Source of the DNA: a virus
Strand: one strand, 5' to 3'
Length of the DNA: 64,000 nt
IMG/VR virus record: IMGVR_UViG_3300042564_003366
Location: 8,400-72,399 of that record
The stretch's first letter is position 1. Each line of letters opens with the position of its first letter. The translations under genes and the position numbers were made by a program. The notes under the pieces are model-generated. The model saw only the letters and a program-made list of their open reading frames with translations, did no database searches and was not told the origin of the DNA. Below are positions 9,763 through 20,726 of the stretch, piece after piece.

Positions 9763-11595
9763 ATGACAGACAAGAAAATATCTTATGGTGTAAGGGATTT
9801 CCAAGGAATAAGGAGTGAATTAATAAATTATGTTAAAACATATTACCCTGATTTAATAAATGATTTTAATGATGCTTCAATATTCTCAGTATTTTTAGAC
9901 TTAAATGCTGCGGTTGCCGATAATTTACACTATCATATTGATAGAAGTTTACAAGAAACAGTTTTACAATATGCACAGCAAAAATCATCAATATATAATA
10001 TTGCAAAAACATATGGTTTAAAAATACCAGGACAAAGACCATCTGTAACATTATGTGATTTTTCAATAACAGTTCCTGTATTTGGTGACAAACCAGACGT
10101 TAGATACGCTGGCTTATTACAAAGAGGTGCACAAGTTACGGGTAATGGAGTAATATTTGAAACATTAAATGATATTGATTTTGCATCTGATTATGATACT
10201 CAAGGGAATAAAAATAGAACTGTTGTACCAAATAGGTTAAACAATATAATCATTAACTATACATTAACAAAAAGAGAACCAGTAATTAATGGTACAACAA
10301 AGGTTTTCAAGAGAGTAATTACCCCTTCTGACATTAGACCCTTTTTTGAATTATTCTTACCTGAAAAGAATGTTTTGGGCATAACAAGTGTGTTATTAAA
10401 GAATGGACAAATTGGGACTATACCTCCAAATGCTGATTTTTTAAGTGAGAATGATAGATGGTATGAGGTTGATTCTTTGGCTGAAGATCGTGTTTTTATT
10501 ATTGATACAACAAAAGATACAAGTAATGCTGGCATAAAAGTTGGTAAATACATTCAAACAGAAAATAGATTTATTAGTGAATATACGCCAGAAGGATTTA
10601 AGAAAATTACTTTCGGTAGTGGTGTTAATACTGCTATGGAGCAATTAAATAATTTCACATTAAATGGTCAATCCCCAACCTTAGAAAACATATTAAATAA
10701 CTTTTCATTAGGTAGGACATTACGCCCCAATACAACATTATTTATACAATATAGAGTTGGTGGTGGGGTTAATACAAATTTAGGACCAAATACATTAACG
10801 CAATTAGGCGTTAATAATTTTATTATTAATGCTGGAAATTCAGCACAAGAGTCTGCGGTTATTAATTCACTTAGGGTTAATAACTTATTCCCAGCGATAG
10901 GGGGTGCTGGATTGCCTAGTGTTGAGGAGGTTAGAAATTTTGTTTCATATAATTTTGCAGCACAAAAGAGGGCTGTTACAATTAGGGATTACGAGTCAAT
11001 CATTAGGAATATGCCCCCGGAGTTTGGAGCACCTGCCAAGGTATCCATTCAAGAGAAAGACAACAAAGTAGAAGTTTTGCTACTTTCTTATGATATTAAC
11101 GGTAAATTAGTGAGTGATAATTCTAAGTATTTGGCAGATAATATTGCCAATTATTTATCTAATTATAGGATGTTAAATGATTATGTTGTGGTAACATCAG
11201 CAAAAGTTATTGATATAAGTATTGATATTAGCGTGGTGTTATCAGCTGGATTTGCATCAAAAGATGTTATTAACAATATCATAACTGCTATTAATACTTA
11301 TTTTTCTCCACAATCTATGCAATTGGGTACAAATGTTAATTTATCCGAATTGAAGAGTAGCATACAAACATTAATTGGTGTTGTTACAATAAGTGAAATG
11401 ACAATTAAAAATGAAGTTGGGGGTGATTATTCTGGTGGGGAAACATCAATGGAATACTCGGATAAAGAGAATAAAATAATTCAACCAGTAGATGATACCA
11501 TTTATTCTCAACCATCAGAAATTTATCATATTCGTTATCCCGAAAAAGATATTAGAGTAAAAGCAAAACTAGCTACTGGAATGACTATTGGGTAA
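9763..11595 (+). CDS. baseplate wedge protein, T4 gp6 / baseplate J-like
   Basis: RDFQGIRSELINY, DFNDAS, A..KSSIYNIAKTYG, YRVGGG...N, FAAQKRAVTIRDY. Follows the gp25-like gene. Confidence 0.85.
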   Translation: MTDKKISYGVRDFQGIRSELINYVKTYYPDLINDFNDASIFSVFLDLNAAVADNLHYHIDRSLQETVLQYAQQKSSIYNIAKTYGLKIPGQRPSVTLCDFSITVPVFGDKPDVRYAGLLQRGAQVTGNGVIFETLNDIDFASDYDTQGNKNRTVVPNRLNNIIINYTLTKREPVINGTTKVFKRVITPSDIRPFFELFLPEKNVLGITSVLLKNGQIGTIPPNADFLSENDRWYEVDSLAEDRVFIIDTTKDTSNAGIKVGKYIQTENRFISEYTPEGFKKITFGSGVNTAMEQLNNFTLNGQSPTLENILNNFSLGRTLRPNTTLFIQYRVGGGVNTNLGPNTLTQLGVNNFIINAGNSAQESAVINSLRVNNLFPAIGGAGLPSVEEVRNFVSYNFAAQKRAVTIRDYESIIRNMPPEFGAPAKVSIQEKDNKVEVLLLSYDINGKLVSDNSKYLADNIANYLSNYRMLNDYVVVTSAKVIDISIDISVVLSAGFASKDVINNIITAINTYFSPQSMQLGTNVNLSELKSSIQTLIGVVTISEMTIKNEVGGDYSGGETSMEYSDKENKIIQPVDDTIYSQPSEIYHIRYPEKDIRVKAKLATGMTIG

Positions 11596-11651
11596 TTTGT
11601 TTATTTTAAGCCAAACAAAGTTATTATATAATAAATAATCAATAACTAAAA

Positions 11652-11659
11652 TATTTATA
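11652..11659 (+). promoter_or_regulatory. TATTTATA candidate late promoter
   Basis: Starts 24 nt before ATG 11676. Confidence 0.6.
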
Positions 11660-11675
11660 TAATCAAACGGTTTAA

Positions 11676-14600
11676 ATGGACAACTCTTTTAGAATAAGAA
11701 CAGAAATAGGTAAAGACAAAGTAGTAAATTTTGAGTTAAATCAGGACTTTGAATTTTTAGAAATACTATCCTTTAAAGTTAGACAATCAGATGTTTTCTC
11801 ATTAAATTGTGCTAATTATGGTGTTGTAACAGGAAGGGTTACAGCAAATACTGGCTTTGGATTGCCAAATGCAAAAGTTTCAATTTTCATACCAATAAGC
11901 GATGAGGATGCTAATAATGAAGTTATTAACGCAATTTATCCTTATAGAAATATAAAAGATACAAATGAAGATGGGTATAGATATAATCTATTACCTTATG
12001 AAGAATCTTATTTTGGACATGTTCCAACGGGTACATTCCCCTCACTAGATGATGTTTTATTAAATACCGTTGCCATTGAAGTATTTGACAAGTATTATAA
12101 ATATACGGTCAAGACAAATTCAAGCGGTGATTATATGATATTTGGTGTTCCCATAGGTGGTCAAGTTGTTTTTATGGATCTTGATTTATCTGACATGGGG
12201 GAGTTTTCATTAACCCCAGAAGATTTAATTAGAATGGGGTTGGCAACCAGAGACCAATTAAAGGATGGAAAGTTTAAGGCATCAACTGACTTGCAAATAT
12301 TGCCCCAAATTGTATCATTAACAAAACCAGTTGATGTATCACCATTATGGGGGGATGATGAAATATGCCAGCCAGCAATTAATAGGGTTGATTTTGATTT
12401 AAGGGATGATGCAAATATTGACATACAACCAACATCTGTTTTTATTGGTTCAATAATATCAACAACAGATAAGTTAGCAACAAAAATAAGTTGCAACAAA
12501 CCAAACAAACAAGGTGAGTTATGTAATTTGATTGCGAACACTGGACAAATATTAGCAATCAGGCAAACAATTGATGTAGATAATTTAGATAAGCCAATTT
12601 TAGAACAATACGAGATAGAAGGTGGGGGGTATGTTATTGATGATAATGGAGCTTGGATTGTAGATGTTCCGATGAATTTGGATTATGTTATTACAGATGA
12701 GAATGGGGAGAAAATAATAACAACAGATAAGACAAGGGGCATCCCAACAAAGGGTAAATATAGATTTAAGGTTAAGTGGGAGCAATCGGATGAGTTAAAT
12801 AAATCAACAAAAAGAGCCACATATTTGCTTCCTAATATTAAAGAATATGGGTGGGATAGTTTGGATCCAACAGTTGACCCAATAAACTCAAATGTTCCAA
12901 ATGTTAAAGAGCAACTTAGGGGTTCTTATTATTTTGGACTTGCTTGGTCGGGCTATACTAATTCAGCTGATGCTATATCTTGTGAGGATACATTCTATGA
13001 GTTTAATTATAATAGGGTTTATACTGTAAGTAATTTAATATATAATGACCCGATAAAAGGAATATCAGATGATTTATGCGATGCTAGGGTCAATAAGTTT
13101 CCAACGAATGATGGTATTAAACACCCCACGTTCTTGGGTAGTATTATTAATTTCTTTAATTCTTTAATTTCAATTATTACGGTAAACTTAATTGTTCCGT
13201 TAGTTTTCATTTTACATGTAGTATCAGGAATTATTAATTTAATTCTCGACATCGTTACTATTGTCGGTAAAATTATGAATTTTTTAGTAAGATTATTTGG
13301 ATTTAAGTCGGTTAAATTTATTGATTTAACTAACTTAAAAATAAAAACTATAAAACTACCTATAATATCATATCCATCTTGCACTACTTGTGAGTGCGAT
13401 GCTACTGTCATTAGTGATGAACCAGTTCCACTTTTGGATTCTGGGTTTTTAACGCCAATTAGTAACCCAGCTAATTATTATAAGAAATATTTGGATTCAT
13501 TATTGTTGTTAGATGGTCAATTTAATAAATTTTTTAATGGGCATTATGGTATAACCATATTTAGCCAGAGATACGACCCCCAGACAAACGAAGGTAAAGA
13601 AGATAGGCAATACTTTGCGGAGGCAGTCAGTCAAGCGCTAGGGGGTAAATTAACCATATTTGAGAATATAAATGATTATAAAGAAACCATATCTGATGAA
13701 TTTGAATTCTTAAATTTAAACAAATTCTTCACGTACCAATTAACTTTGAATATACCAGAAAGAATTAATTTATTTAATACCAGAGGGCAATATTTTTCTT
13801 ATACAAATTTAATTAAAGTTACCTTTTCAGTTAATAACAATCTTGGAAAATCGCATTACGATAATACATTAACTGTTTTAACGCCAAAGTTTTATGATTC
13901 AGGTACATTATTGAGTTTTGTTGACCCCAAAATAACTTTTGATGAAAATAATAAAAACAATATTACTGGTACAACAGTTGGGGATGTTAATTTTAACATT
14001 ACAATTAATTATATTGACCCTGGGAAATCTGATAAATCAGTAGTATATACAATTCCAAAATCAGATAGTTTGGTTAAAACCCAAATTTTCCCTATGGACA
14101 TTGAGTATTATCAAGTAATTACTGCCATAACTTACAGTCAATTTATAAAAATATCTAATACAAGTAGTTTTCCTAGGTCATTCCCAACAATATTAGCGGG
14201 TTCAGGAGACACTAGGTATAGTAAAGATAATAATATTAATATTGAAGGTCAGACAAAGAAGAAAACTTTGGATTATTATGAAAATATTGAAGAGCAATAT
14301 GTTGTGATAATGCAAAGGGGCGTGGATCCGTATTCCCCCTTATTCATAAATGAATATAGTTTAGGTAGAATTTTTGGATTCCAAGATGAATTGGCTATAA
14401 AGATAACGGGAGAAACTAGATTAAACATCCCTATTCAGAAAATAACTAATGGAGAATCAATACAGAGTCATTATAATCAAAATCAGATTTTTTATCCATC
14501 TTATTTTTTCACCCCAGGTAGTGATTTCGTTTCCATAACATTCCAGAATGGAGGTTATTATTCGGCATTTGATAAAACATATATAAATAATAATATCAAT

Positions 14601-16337
14601 TCAAATCAAATTTTAAGTGAATTAGATGTTACCACAACTATAACACCAAAATATAATAATAATATTTTTGTTCAAAATGGTTCTTATTTATCTTTTGATG
14701 ATTTATCTGGGGGTAGTTTTTTCTTTAATAACACTAATAACAATAATGTGACAAATAGAATGGATTATTTGTCACCATCTTTATATGGTCCATTTCATGT
14801 TTCGCCATTTGTTAGATTAAATAATAAGCAGAATAATATTATGCGTACAGATAGATTACCATCATCGGATCAGTTAGATAGACCAGATGATAATTGGAGT
14901 TTTGATGTGCCGTTATTGCAGCAAAACTTGGTGTTTGGGGCATACATATTCACATTGTCAAGTGGGGGTGATTTGGTTATAGATAGTGTTGGTACGGATG
15001 ATTCATTTGGTGATATTGATAATGAAGGATTACCAGGCAGTGATTTAATATCTAGTTTTGATACTTGTTCAGAGATGGTTGATTTGGATTGTTATAAAGG
15101 TGAAGGTGAGGATTTTAGAATAGATGAGAAGTGTGAGGACAAAGGCAGAGTTGATAATGGATGTTATGTATTATTGAAGAATAAAATTATTGATATTTTT
15201 GTTGACATAGAGAATGTTTTAGAATGGAATCGTAGAAACTCTGTTATTCGTTCATTATGCTCTGGCATAATATCAGAATCATTTTTAAATAATTGGGTTA
15301 ATGGTACTTTATTTGCTCCAGCATTAAAAACTAATTTCAAAATAAGTAATAAAAAAGTAGAGGCTAAATATTGCAAACAAAGTGCTTATTTTGATGACAA
15401 TACAAATAATTTATATTATAGATCATCCCCATATTATGATGGTAGTTTTATAACCTTTGCAAATTATGGTATAATTCCTAGGCCTACAACAATTATGGAT
15501 TTGGGGAAGAAAACATTCACATATATAAAACATATAACTGATATACAAGATTTCAGATATATTATGAATAAATTATCCAATACATCATATCAAGAAAATG
15601 ATTCATTAATTAATTTTTACGTAATATCAAGGCTAATAAGTACAACATTCTTAGATAATTTAAAGGGTTCAAATATTATTGATAAATTCTTTTCAAGAAA
15701 ACTTGGTAATTTTAAAATGATTGATGGAGATTTGGCGCAATTATTCAGTATAAATTCACAATTGGGGGTATTAGAATTTTCTGGGGAAAACTATGAAGAT
15801 ACACCGAACTCGGTTCAAATTTATAAAATTAAAAATAAAGTTTGTATTGCTGTGTTTTTTAATTCATCAATTGAAGACTTACAAATAAGGGATTATTTAA
15901 GTCCTGGTAGAATAAATGTAAGAGATAATGATATATTAGAAAGAAAAATACCAATAAAAATAAAATCACAAAAAGTTCCGATGCTTATTTGGAGTAAAGT
16001 GCCTGGTACAAATATTTTTGGTAATGATGAAAATAATTGGAAAGTAGATAATAATAAATTAACATTAACAAGTAGATATTACCAAGATTTAGATAGGCTT
16101 GAACCAAATAAAGCAGAGAATAACTATTTTGTTAATTCAAGAACCTTGGTAGGTAATTTATCTGACGATATTTATAGTCGTGGCTATATATATGCTGTGG
16201 ATTCAGATGGGGTGATTTCATTAATTGACAGTAATTCTAGCGAGAAGTTTTTAGTTGGTGCACCATATTATTTTTATTTTGGTTTAGTAAAGGGGGGTTC
16301 AGCTATGAATTTATTTAAAAATAGATATCCATCATGA
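11676..16337 (+). CDS. large putative virion/baseplate protein with N-terminal beta-sandwich and internal hydrophobic segment
   Basis: GVVTGRV...GLPNAKVSIF...TVKTNSSGDYMIFGVPIG resembles a carboxypeptidase-regulatory-like domain. Context is the baseplate operon. Confidence 0.6.
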   Translation: MDNSFRIRTEIGKDKVVNFELNQDFEFLEILSFKVRQSDVFSLNCANYGVVTGRVTANTGFGLPNAKVSIFIPISDEDANNEVINAIYPYRNIKDTNEDGYRYNLLPYEESYFGHVPTGTFPSLDDVLLNTVAIEVFDKYYKYTVKTNSSGDYMIFGVPIGGQVVFMDLDLSDMGEFSLTPEDLIRMGLATRDQLKDGKFKASTDLQILPQIVSLTKPVDVSPLWGDDEICQPAINRVDFDLRDDANIDIQPTSVFIGSIISTTDKLATKISCNKPNKQGELCNLIANTGQILAIRQTIDVDNLDKPILEQYEIEGGGYVIDDNGAWIVDVPMNLDYVITDENGEKIITTDKTRGIPTKGKYRFKVKWEQSDELNKSTKRATYLLPNIKEYGWDSLDPTVDPINSNVPNVKEQLRGSYYFGLAWSGYTNSADAISCEDTFYEFNYNRVYTVSNLIYNDPIKGISDDLCDARVNKFPTNDGIKHPTFLGSIINFFNSLISIITVNLIVPLVFILHVVSGIINLILDIVTIVGKIMNFLVRLFGFKSVKFIDLTNLKIKTIKLPIISYPSCTTCECDATVISDEPVPLLDSGFLTPISNPANYYKKYLDSLLLLDGQFNKFFNGHYGITIFSQRYDPQTNEGKEDRQYFAEAVSQALGGKLTIFENINDYKETISDEFEFLNLNKFFTYQLTLNIPERINLFNTRGQYFSYTNLIKVTFSVNNNLGKSHYDNTLTVLTPKFYDSGTLLSFVDPKITFDENNKNNITGTTVGDVNFNITINYIDPGKSDKSVVYTIPKSDSLVKTQIFPMDIEYYQVITAITYSQFIKISNTSSFPRSFPTILAGSGDTRYSKDNNINIEGQTKKKTLDYYENIEEQYVVIMQRGVDPYSPLFINEYSLGRIFGFQDELAIKITGETRLNIPIQKITNGESIQSHYNQNQIFYPSYFFTPGSDFVSITFQNGGYYSAFDKTYINNNINSNQILSELDVTTTITPKYNNNIFVQNGSYLSFDDLSGGSFFFNNTNNNNVTNRMDYLSPSLYGPFHVSPFVRLNNKQNNIMRTDRLPSSDQLDRPDDNWSFDVPLLQQNLVFGAYIFTLSSGGDLVIDSVGTDDSFGDIDNEGLPGSDLISSFDTCSEMVDLDCYKGEGEDFRIDEKCEDKGRVDNGCYVLLKNKIIDIFVDIENVLEWNRRNSVIRSLCSGIISESFLNNWVNGTLFAPALKTNFKISNKKVEAKYCKQSAYFDDNTNNLYYRSSPYYDGSFITFANYGIIPRPTTIMDLGKKTFTYIKHITDIQDFRYIMNKLSNTSYQENDSLINFYVISRLISTTFLDNLKGSNIIDKFFSRKLGNFKMIDGDLAQLFSINSQLGVLEFSGENYEDTPNSVQIYKIKNKVCIAVFFNSSIEDLQIRDYLSPGRINVRDNDILERKIPIKIKSQKVPMLIWSKVPGTNIFGNDENNWKVDNNKLTLTSRYYQDLDRLEPNKAENNYFVNSRTLVGNLSDDIYSRGYIYAVDSDGVISLIDSNSSEKFLVGAPYYFYFGLVKGGSAMNLFKNRYPS

Positions 16338-17974
16338 GTAAGTATAAAATAGTTCCAAATTCATTTAAATTTAAGACCGCAGAGGAATTAGATAGTTTTA
16401 TTAATATAGATTTATCTACTGATAGAAAAGAACTTATTGAATTTGATAAGAACACAAATATTGATTTAGCTGATTTGGGGAATAAAGAAAAGAATGAATC
16501 TTTCAGATATAGACCAACAGTTAAAATAAATTTTATATATAACAATTCATACACTGGGACAACAATTTATACAGGTCATACATTATTTTATGAATATACG
16601 AGTAATTTAGATATAAATAATAACTACGGCTATTTAAATAGTTATGATTTTGACTTTTTTAGACCCCCTACTAATGTTGAGTATGATATATATGACACTT
16701 CGATAGCTTACAAGTATAATTGGTCATATTACTATACATATCCATTTGATGAGGTAGATAAAGAATTATCAATAGATTTATATGGTAAGAGTTTAACATG
16801 GAGTTCTTCGGATGGAATACCTTTCGTTTCAGAATATATAAAAGCCAATGGTAAAGATTTTATACGCTTAAAGTGTGGAGTTAAACATAACTTGTCGGCA
16901 TTTGAATATATAAGTTTAACAATAAATGGAGATGAGAATATTATAAAAATATCTTCATTAGGGGATGAGAAATACCAATCAGAATTTTACATATTGAATA
17001 TTGAGGTTGTTGATGTTTTAAATCCTATTATACCAGATGAGTATATTGGCACATTTAAAAGAGTTATTAATCCAAATAATTTAGAAGAAACCAAATCAAA
17101 ATATTATATTAGGAGGCATAAAGTAATAAAAAATGTTGACCAAATAAATGCTGTTAAATCTGGGTATGAGAAAAATATTTATGATTCACCTTATAGTTTG
17201 GTTTTCTATAAAAAAGAAACTAAACTAGGTAGGAGAAATTCAAATACTTCATATAATTTTACTATTGATGATGACATTGAGTTAGGTAATTTGGTTGATA
17301 ATAAAAACAGACCAATAACTGAATTATTTTTCACTATTGTTAACAAAGGGGTTAGTGGTTTTTTTAATAATCCAAATAATAATACGGGGTTAAAAGAAGG
17401 CTGGGAGTTTAATATAACAAGTACACCTAATAGATGGTGGGATGGCGCTGGGGCAAATACCAATATACCAACGTCAACATATACGAAAGATAATCTTGAT
17501 TTTTATTATAATGATAATTATAAAAACGGTGATTTATTGAATGGGGATTTTTGTGAATGGAATAGTTTCGAACAAACGGAAAGGGTTATTTCGGAATATC
17601 ATCATAAAATAACACATAATCCCGATATATTTAAAATAGGCAATCAAAAAAATGGATATTACTATAAACCCCATAATAAAATTGTTGTAAAGGTTTTTTC
17701 TGACTATATAGAAAGGGGTTCAGTCGATGAGGTAGATAATATTCCAAGTTATGCTTTTTTCTCAAAACAAACAAATGAATTTGTATGGCGAGATTTATAT
17801 GATATTGGGTATTTTGATGATAATACGAAAGGTGTTAATTACCCATTTATAAATAATACGCATTATCCTTTTAATTATTTTATATTTAGATTAGTCCAAG
17901 AGGGGTATTCTTACACTAATAAAATTAGTGGATCAACTGAAAATGAAAAACCTATAATAGATGAGTGTGAATAA
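16334..17974 (+). CDS. putative structural protein
   Basis: 546-aa ORF overlapping neighbours (ATGA coupling) in the baseplate operon. Confidence 0.65.
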   Translation: MSKYKIVPNSFKFKTAEELDSFINIDLSTDRKELIEFDKNTNIDLADLGNKEKNESFRYRPTVKINFIYNNSYTGTTIYTGHTLFYEYTSNLDINNNYGYLNSYDFDFFRPPTNVEYDIYDTSIAYKYNWSYYYTYPFDEVDKELSIDLYGKSLTWSSSDGIPFVSEYIKANGKDFIRLKCGVKHNLSAFEYISLTINGDENIIKISSLGDEKYQSEFYILNIEVVDVLNPIIPDEYIGTFKRVINPNNLEETKSKYYIRRHKVIKNVDQINAVKSGYEKNIYDSPYSLVFYKKETKLGRRNSNTSYNFTIDDDIELGNLVDNKNRPITELFFTIVNKGVSGFFNNPNNNTGLKEGWEFNITSTPNRWWDGAGANTNIPTSTYTKDNLDFYYNDNYKNGDLLNGDFCEWNSFEQTERVISEYHHKITHNPDIFKIGNQKNGYYYKPHNKIVVKVFSDYIERGSVDEVDNIPSYAFFSKQTNEFVWRDLYDIGYFDDNTKGVNYPFINNTHYPFNYFIFRLVQEGYSYTNKISGSTENEKPIIDECE

Positions 17975-18752
17975 GTATAAATTAATTAAACCAAATGTTA
18001 ATGACTTGTTAATAAACCTACCAATAGAAATTAACTGGGATTATCTGGGGCATCAAGATAGCATAGATTCGTATGAAGAAACAATTATTGATACTATTAC
18101 AAAAGATAAAATTGACTATGAATTAACTAGGTTTTCCCCCAAAAAATGTAGGGAAGGTTCTGATGTGCCTATTGAAAAATGCAACCAATTAAATTTTGAG
18201 TTTTATTTTTTCACAGGAACAACAATTGCTGATAATTCGCAGTGGATTCCTAGTTATTTAAATGGGGATTTTTTCGAGAAGGATATTATTTTTAATACTA
18301 ACAAGTTTAAAAACTCTTTTTTTAAATTAGATTTTTATGACTCACCAATAGCGAAGGAGCAAAAAATATATTTGTCAACCATTTTCCCATTTGAGAATGG
18401 TAATAAAAATAATAATGGCGTTAAGATACCAATATATACATTAGATTACACGTCTAATAGTGAGAATTATTTTATTTATTGGTTGAAAGATAAGAATTAT
18501 TTAAATATTGATACTTTTTATGTTTCGGCAACTTATTTTAATAGTTCTGATGGGGATTTTACTAGGATGGCAAATATTTGCCAAGGGGGTTTGGCTGATA
18601 AATATAATTTAAATTCTATTTTTGATTTTTATTATAAATTAGAATTAGATTATGATGTTAAGAAATATGAATATTTTGATATGAAGGTTGAAGATTTAGT
18701 TGTGGGGTTAGTTAATAACCCAATAAAATGGTATGAATACGTTTCAATATAA
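17961..18752 (+). CDS. putative structural protein
   Basis: 263-aa ORF, translationally coupled. Confidence 0.65.
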   Translation: MSVNKYKLIKPNVNDLLINLPIEINWDYLGHQDSIDSYEETIIDTITKDKIDYELTRFSPKKCREGSDVPIEKCNQLNFEFYFFTGTTIADNSQWIPSYLNGDFFEKDIIFNTNKFKNSFFKLDFYDSPIAKEQKIYLSTIFPFENGNKNNNGVKIPIYTLDYTSNSENYFIYWLKDKNYLNIDTFYVSATYFNSSDGDFTRMANICQGGLADKYNLNSIFDFYYKLELDYDVKKYEYFDMKVEDLVVGLVNNPIKWYEYVSI

Positions 18753-19798
18753 TGTTATATAAATTAAAAATAACCCCAGAGTCTTTTTCGCAAATAATCA
18801 AACATGTTGATTATAATGGTAAAGAAGTTGGTGTATATAGAACAGTAAGCGAGGTTTTAACTGGGACTACTAATAATCAACCAATTATTTCATCATTTAA
18901 CATTCCTATTTTATTAAAACAAAATTACGTTGATTTTGGATATTATTCAGAATTTGATGGTGCTATTTTGCAAAAAGAAACAGTATTAAATTTTGTGTTT
19001 AGCGCAATAACTGAATATGAATATCTTGTATTGAATACATCAAACAATTTAAATAATTTCACAAAAGATGCTAATTATGTTATAGATTGGGGCGATGGAA
19101 CAGTTGAAGATTTAATAACGAACCCTATATATCATACATACTCAACTGGGGGTCTGGAATATTATACAATAGTAATTACCCAAACAAATAATTTTGGAAC
19201 TAATATTATTAAAAAGAATGTGATAGTACCATTTGATGCTACGAAGGTTAGTGATGATCCAAACGGTACGGCTGAATTTATCCCCAGCGGTGGCCCATGG
19301 AAGGGTACACCATTAAGTTATGATTATATTTTTAGTGGGGATAGTGGTAGTTTAGAGGATTATGTTAATACTACCCCCGTACAAATAAGCGGATATACCT
19401 ATTCAAAGATTAAGGATTTATCATCCTACGGAACAGATACTTACCTAGTAGGAAAACCAATATATATTGACAATATATTATTAGGGCAAATTGATAGTAT
19501 ATCAACAGAATATACGGCATATACTATACAAAATATTAGTTATGTTGATTATCCTAGTGGTTTAACAATATTTAATATTGAAACTAGTGGCTTAACAACA
19601 AATACAACTACTTTGAGCGGTATTACAAAAGATGAGGTTTTATTAAAATCAGTTTCAAGCCCACAAATATTTTCTAATGTTTTTATTGAGAGAGGTAAAG
19701 TTTCTGGGTACGAGAAGGTTCTTAGACTTGGGGAAGTGAAAACAATAGAAGATTTAGAAAATTATGGATATGGGTTCTTCAAATTGGAAAATAAATAA
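18752..19798 (+). CDS. putative structural protein with PKD-like domain
   Basis: YVIDWGDGT...HTYSTGG..Y.I.IT is the PKD-type signature. Confidence 0.65.
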   Translation: MLYKLKITPESFSQIIKHVDYNGKEVGVYRTVSEVLTGTTNNQPIISSFNIPILLKQNYVDFGYYSEFDGAILQKETVLNFVFSAITEYEYLVLNTSNNLNNFTKDANYVIDWGDGTVEDLITNPIYHTYSTGGLEYYTIVITQTNNFGTNIIKKNVIVPFDATKVSDDPNGTAEFIPSGGPWKGTPLSYDYIFSGDSGSLEDYVNTTPVQISGYTYSKIKDLSSYGTDTYLVGKPIYIDNILLGQIDSISTEYTAYTIQNISYVDYPSGLTIFNIETSGLTTNTTTLSGITKDEVLLKSVSSPQIFSNVFIERGKVSGYEKVLRLGEVKTIEDLENYGYGFFKLENK

Positions 19799-19808
19799 AG
19801 AAATAAAC

Positions 19809-19816
19809 TATTTATA
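19809..19816 (+). promoter_or_regulatory. TATTTATA candidate late promoter
   Basis: Starts 24 nt before ATG 19833. Confidence 0.6.
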
Positions 19817-19832
19817 AAATAAAAATAATATT

Positions 19833-20726
19833 ATGGCAATTGGAGTATATGGTACAGTTAGACCTAGTGATGTTAGTCCAGAAGATGTTGAAATTATTAT
19901 GATATATTCGCCATCAAGAGACCAAACGGAAACTATTGTTCAAAAAAAATTATCAGCAACGACATTACTAAAACCATATTTTGACGATGTTAATACTCAA
20001 GAGTTATTGGGGGGTTTATATAACTTAACATTACCAGCAGCCGAATTTACTTCAATTGGGTTTTATACATTATATTTAAGACCTGCGCAAATAAGAACTA
20101 AAATAAGCGATTGTGGAATATTAAGTGCGTTACCAAATGTTAAAGGTATCGTTATTAACTTAGATGAAGTACCAGATGATTTTAGAAATAAATTTGAGAA
20201 AGCCCAAGAACTTGTTGGTTATAGGGTGGAGTATTTAAATAATGGGCAAAAAGTCCCTAATTTTTTTAGAATAGTGACATCATCTTTTTTTTGTGAACCT
20301 ATTGTTACAAATGAAACAAATACATCGCAAAAAACAATAAGATATAGATATGTGGAGAATAATACAAATTTAGTATTTTTGACTTTGTCCCCAAGCAACT
20401 CACCATCTAACAAGACAAATGCTGTACCATTTATTGGGCAGCCTGGACAAAGTATTATTATTTCTAATACATATTTTAATCCTACTACATTAGAGGTTGA
20501 GATTGCTGAACATGACATATCAACATTAGCTGTTGGGTTATTTGGTAATCAGACTAAATCTGTTGAGGATGGAATATACACTATATATGATAGTGAAAAT
20601 AACATATATAAACAATATAATTTATTTGAAGTTAGAAATGAATTTAATGAATTGCTTTATGAGGTTAGAGAAGACCGAGGTGATGATATTGATATAAGTA
20701 AAAACTTTGATAATATAATAGAATAA
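19833..20726 (+). CDS. putative structural protein
   Basis: 297-aa ORF preceded by TATTTATA at 19809. Confidence 0.7.
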   Translation: MAIGVYGTVRPSDVSPEDVEIIMIYSPSRDQTETIVQKKLSATTLLKPYFDDVNTQELLGGLYNLTLPAAEFTSIGFYTLYLRPAQIRTKISDCGILSALPNVKGIVINLDEVPDDFRNKFEKAQELVGYRVEYLNNGQKVPNFFRIVTSSFFCEPIVTNETNTSQKTIRYRYVENNTNLVFLTLSPSNSPSNKTNAVPFIGQPGQSIIISNTYFNPTTLEVEIAEHDISTLAVGLFGNQTKSVEDGIYTIYDSENNIYKQYNLFEVRNEFNELLYEVREDRGDDIDISKNFDNIIE

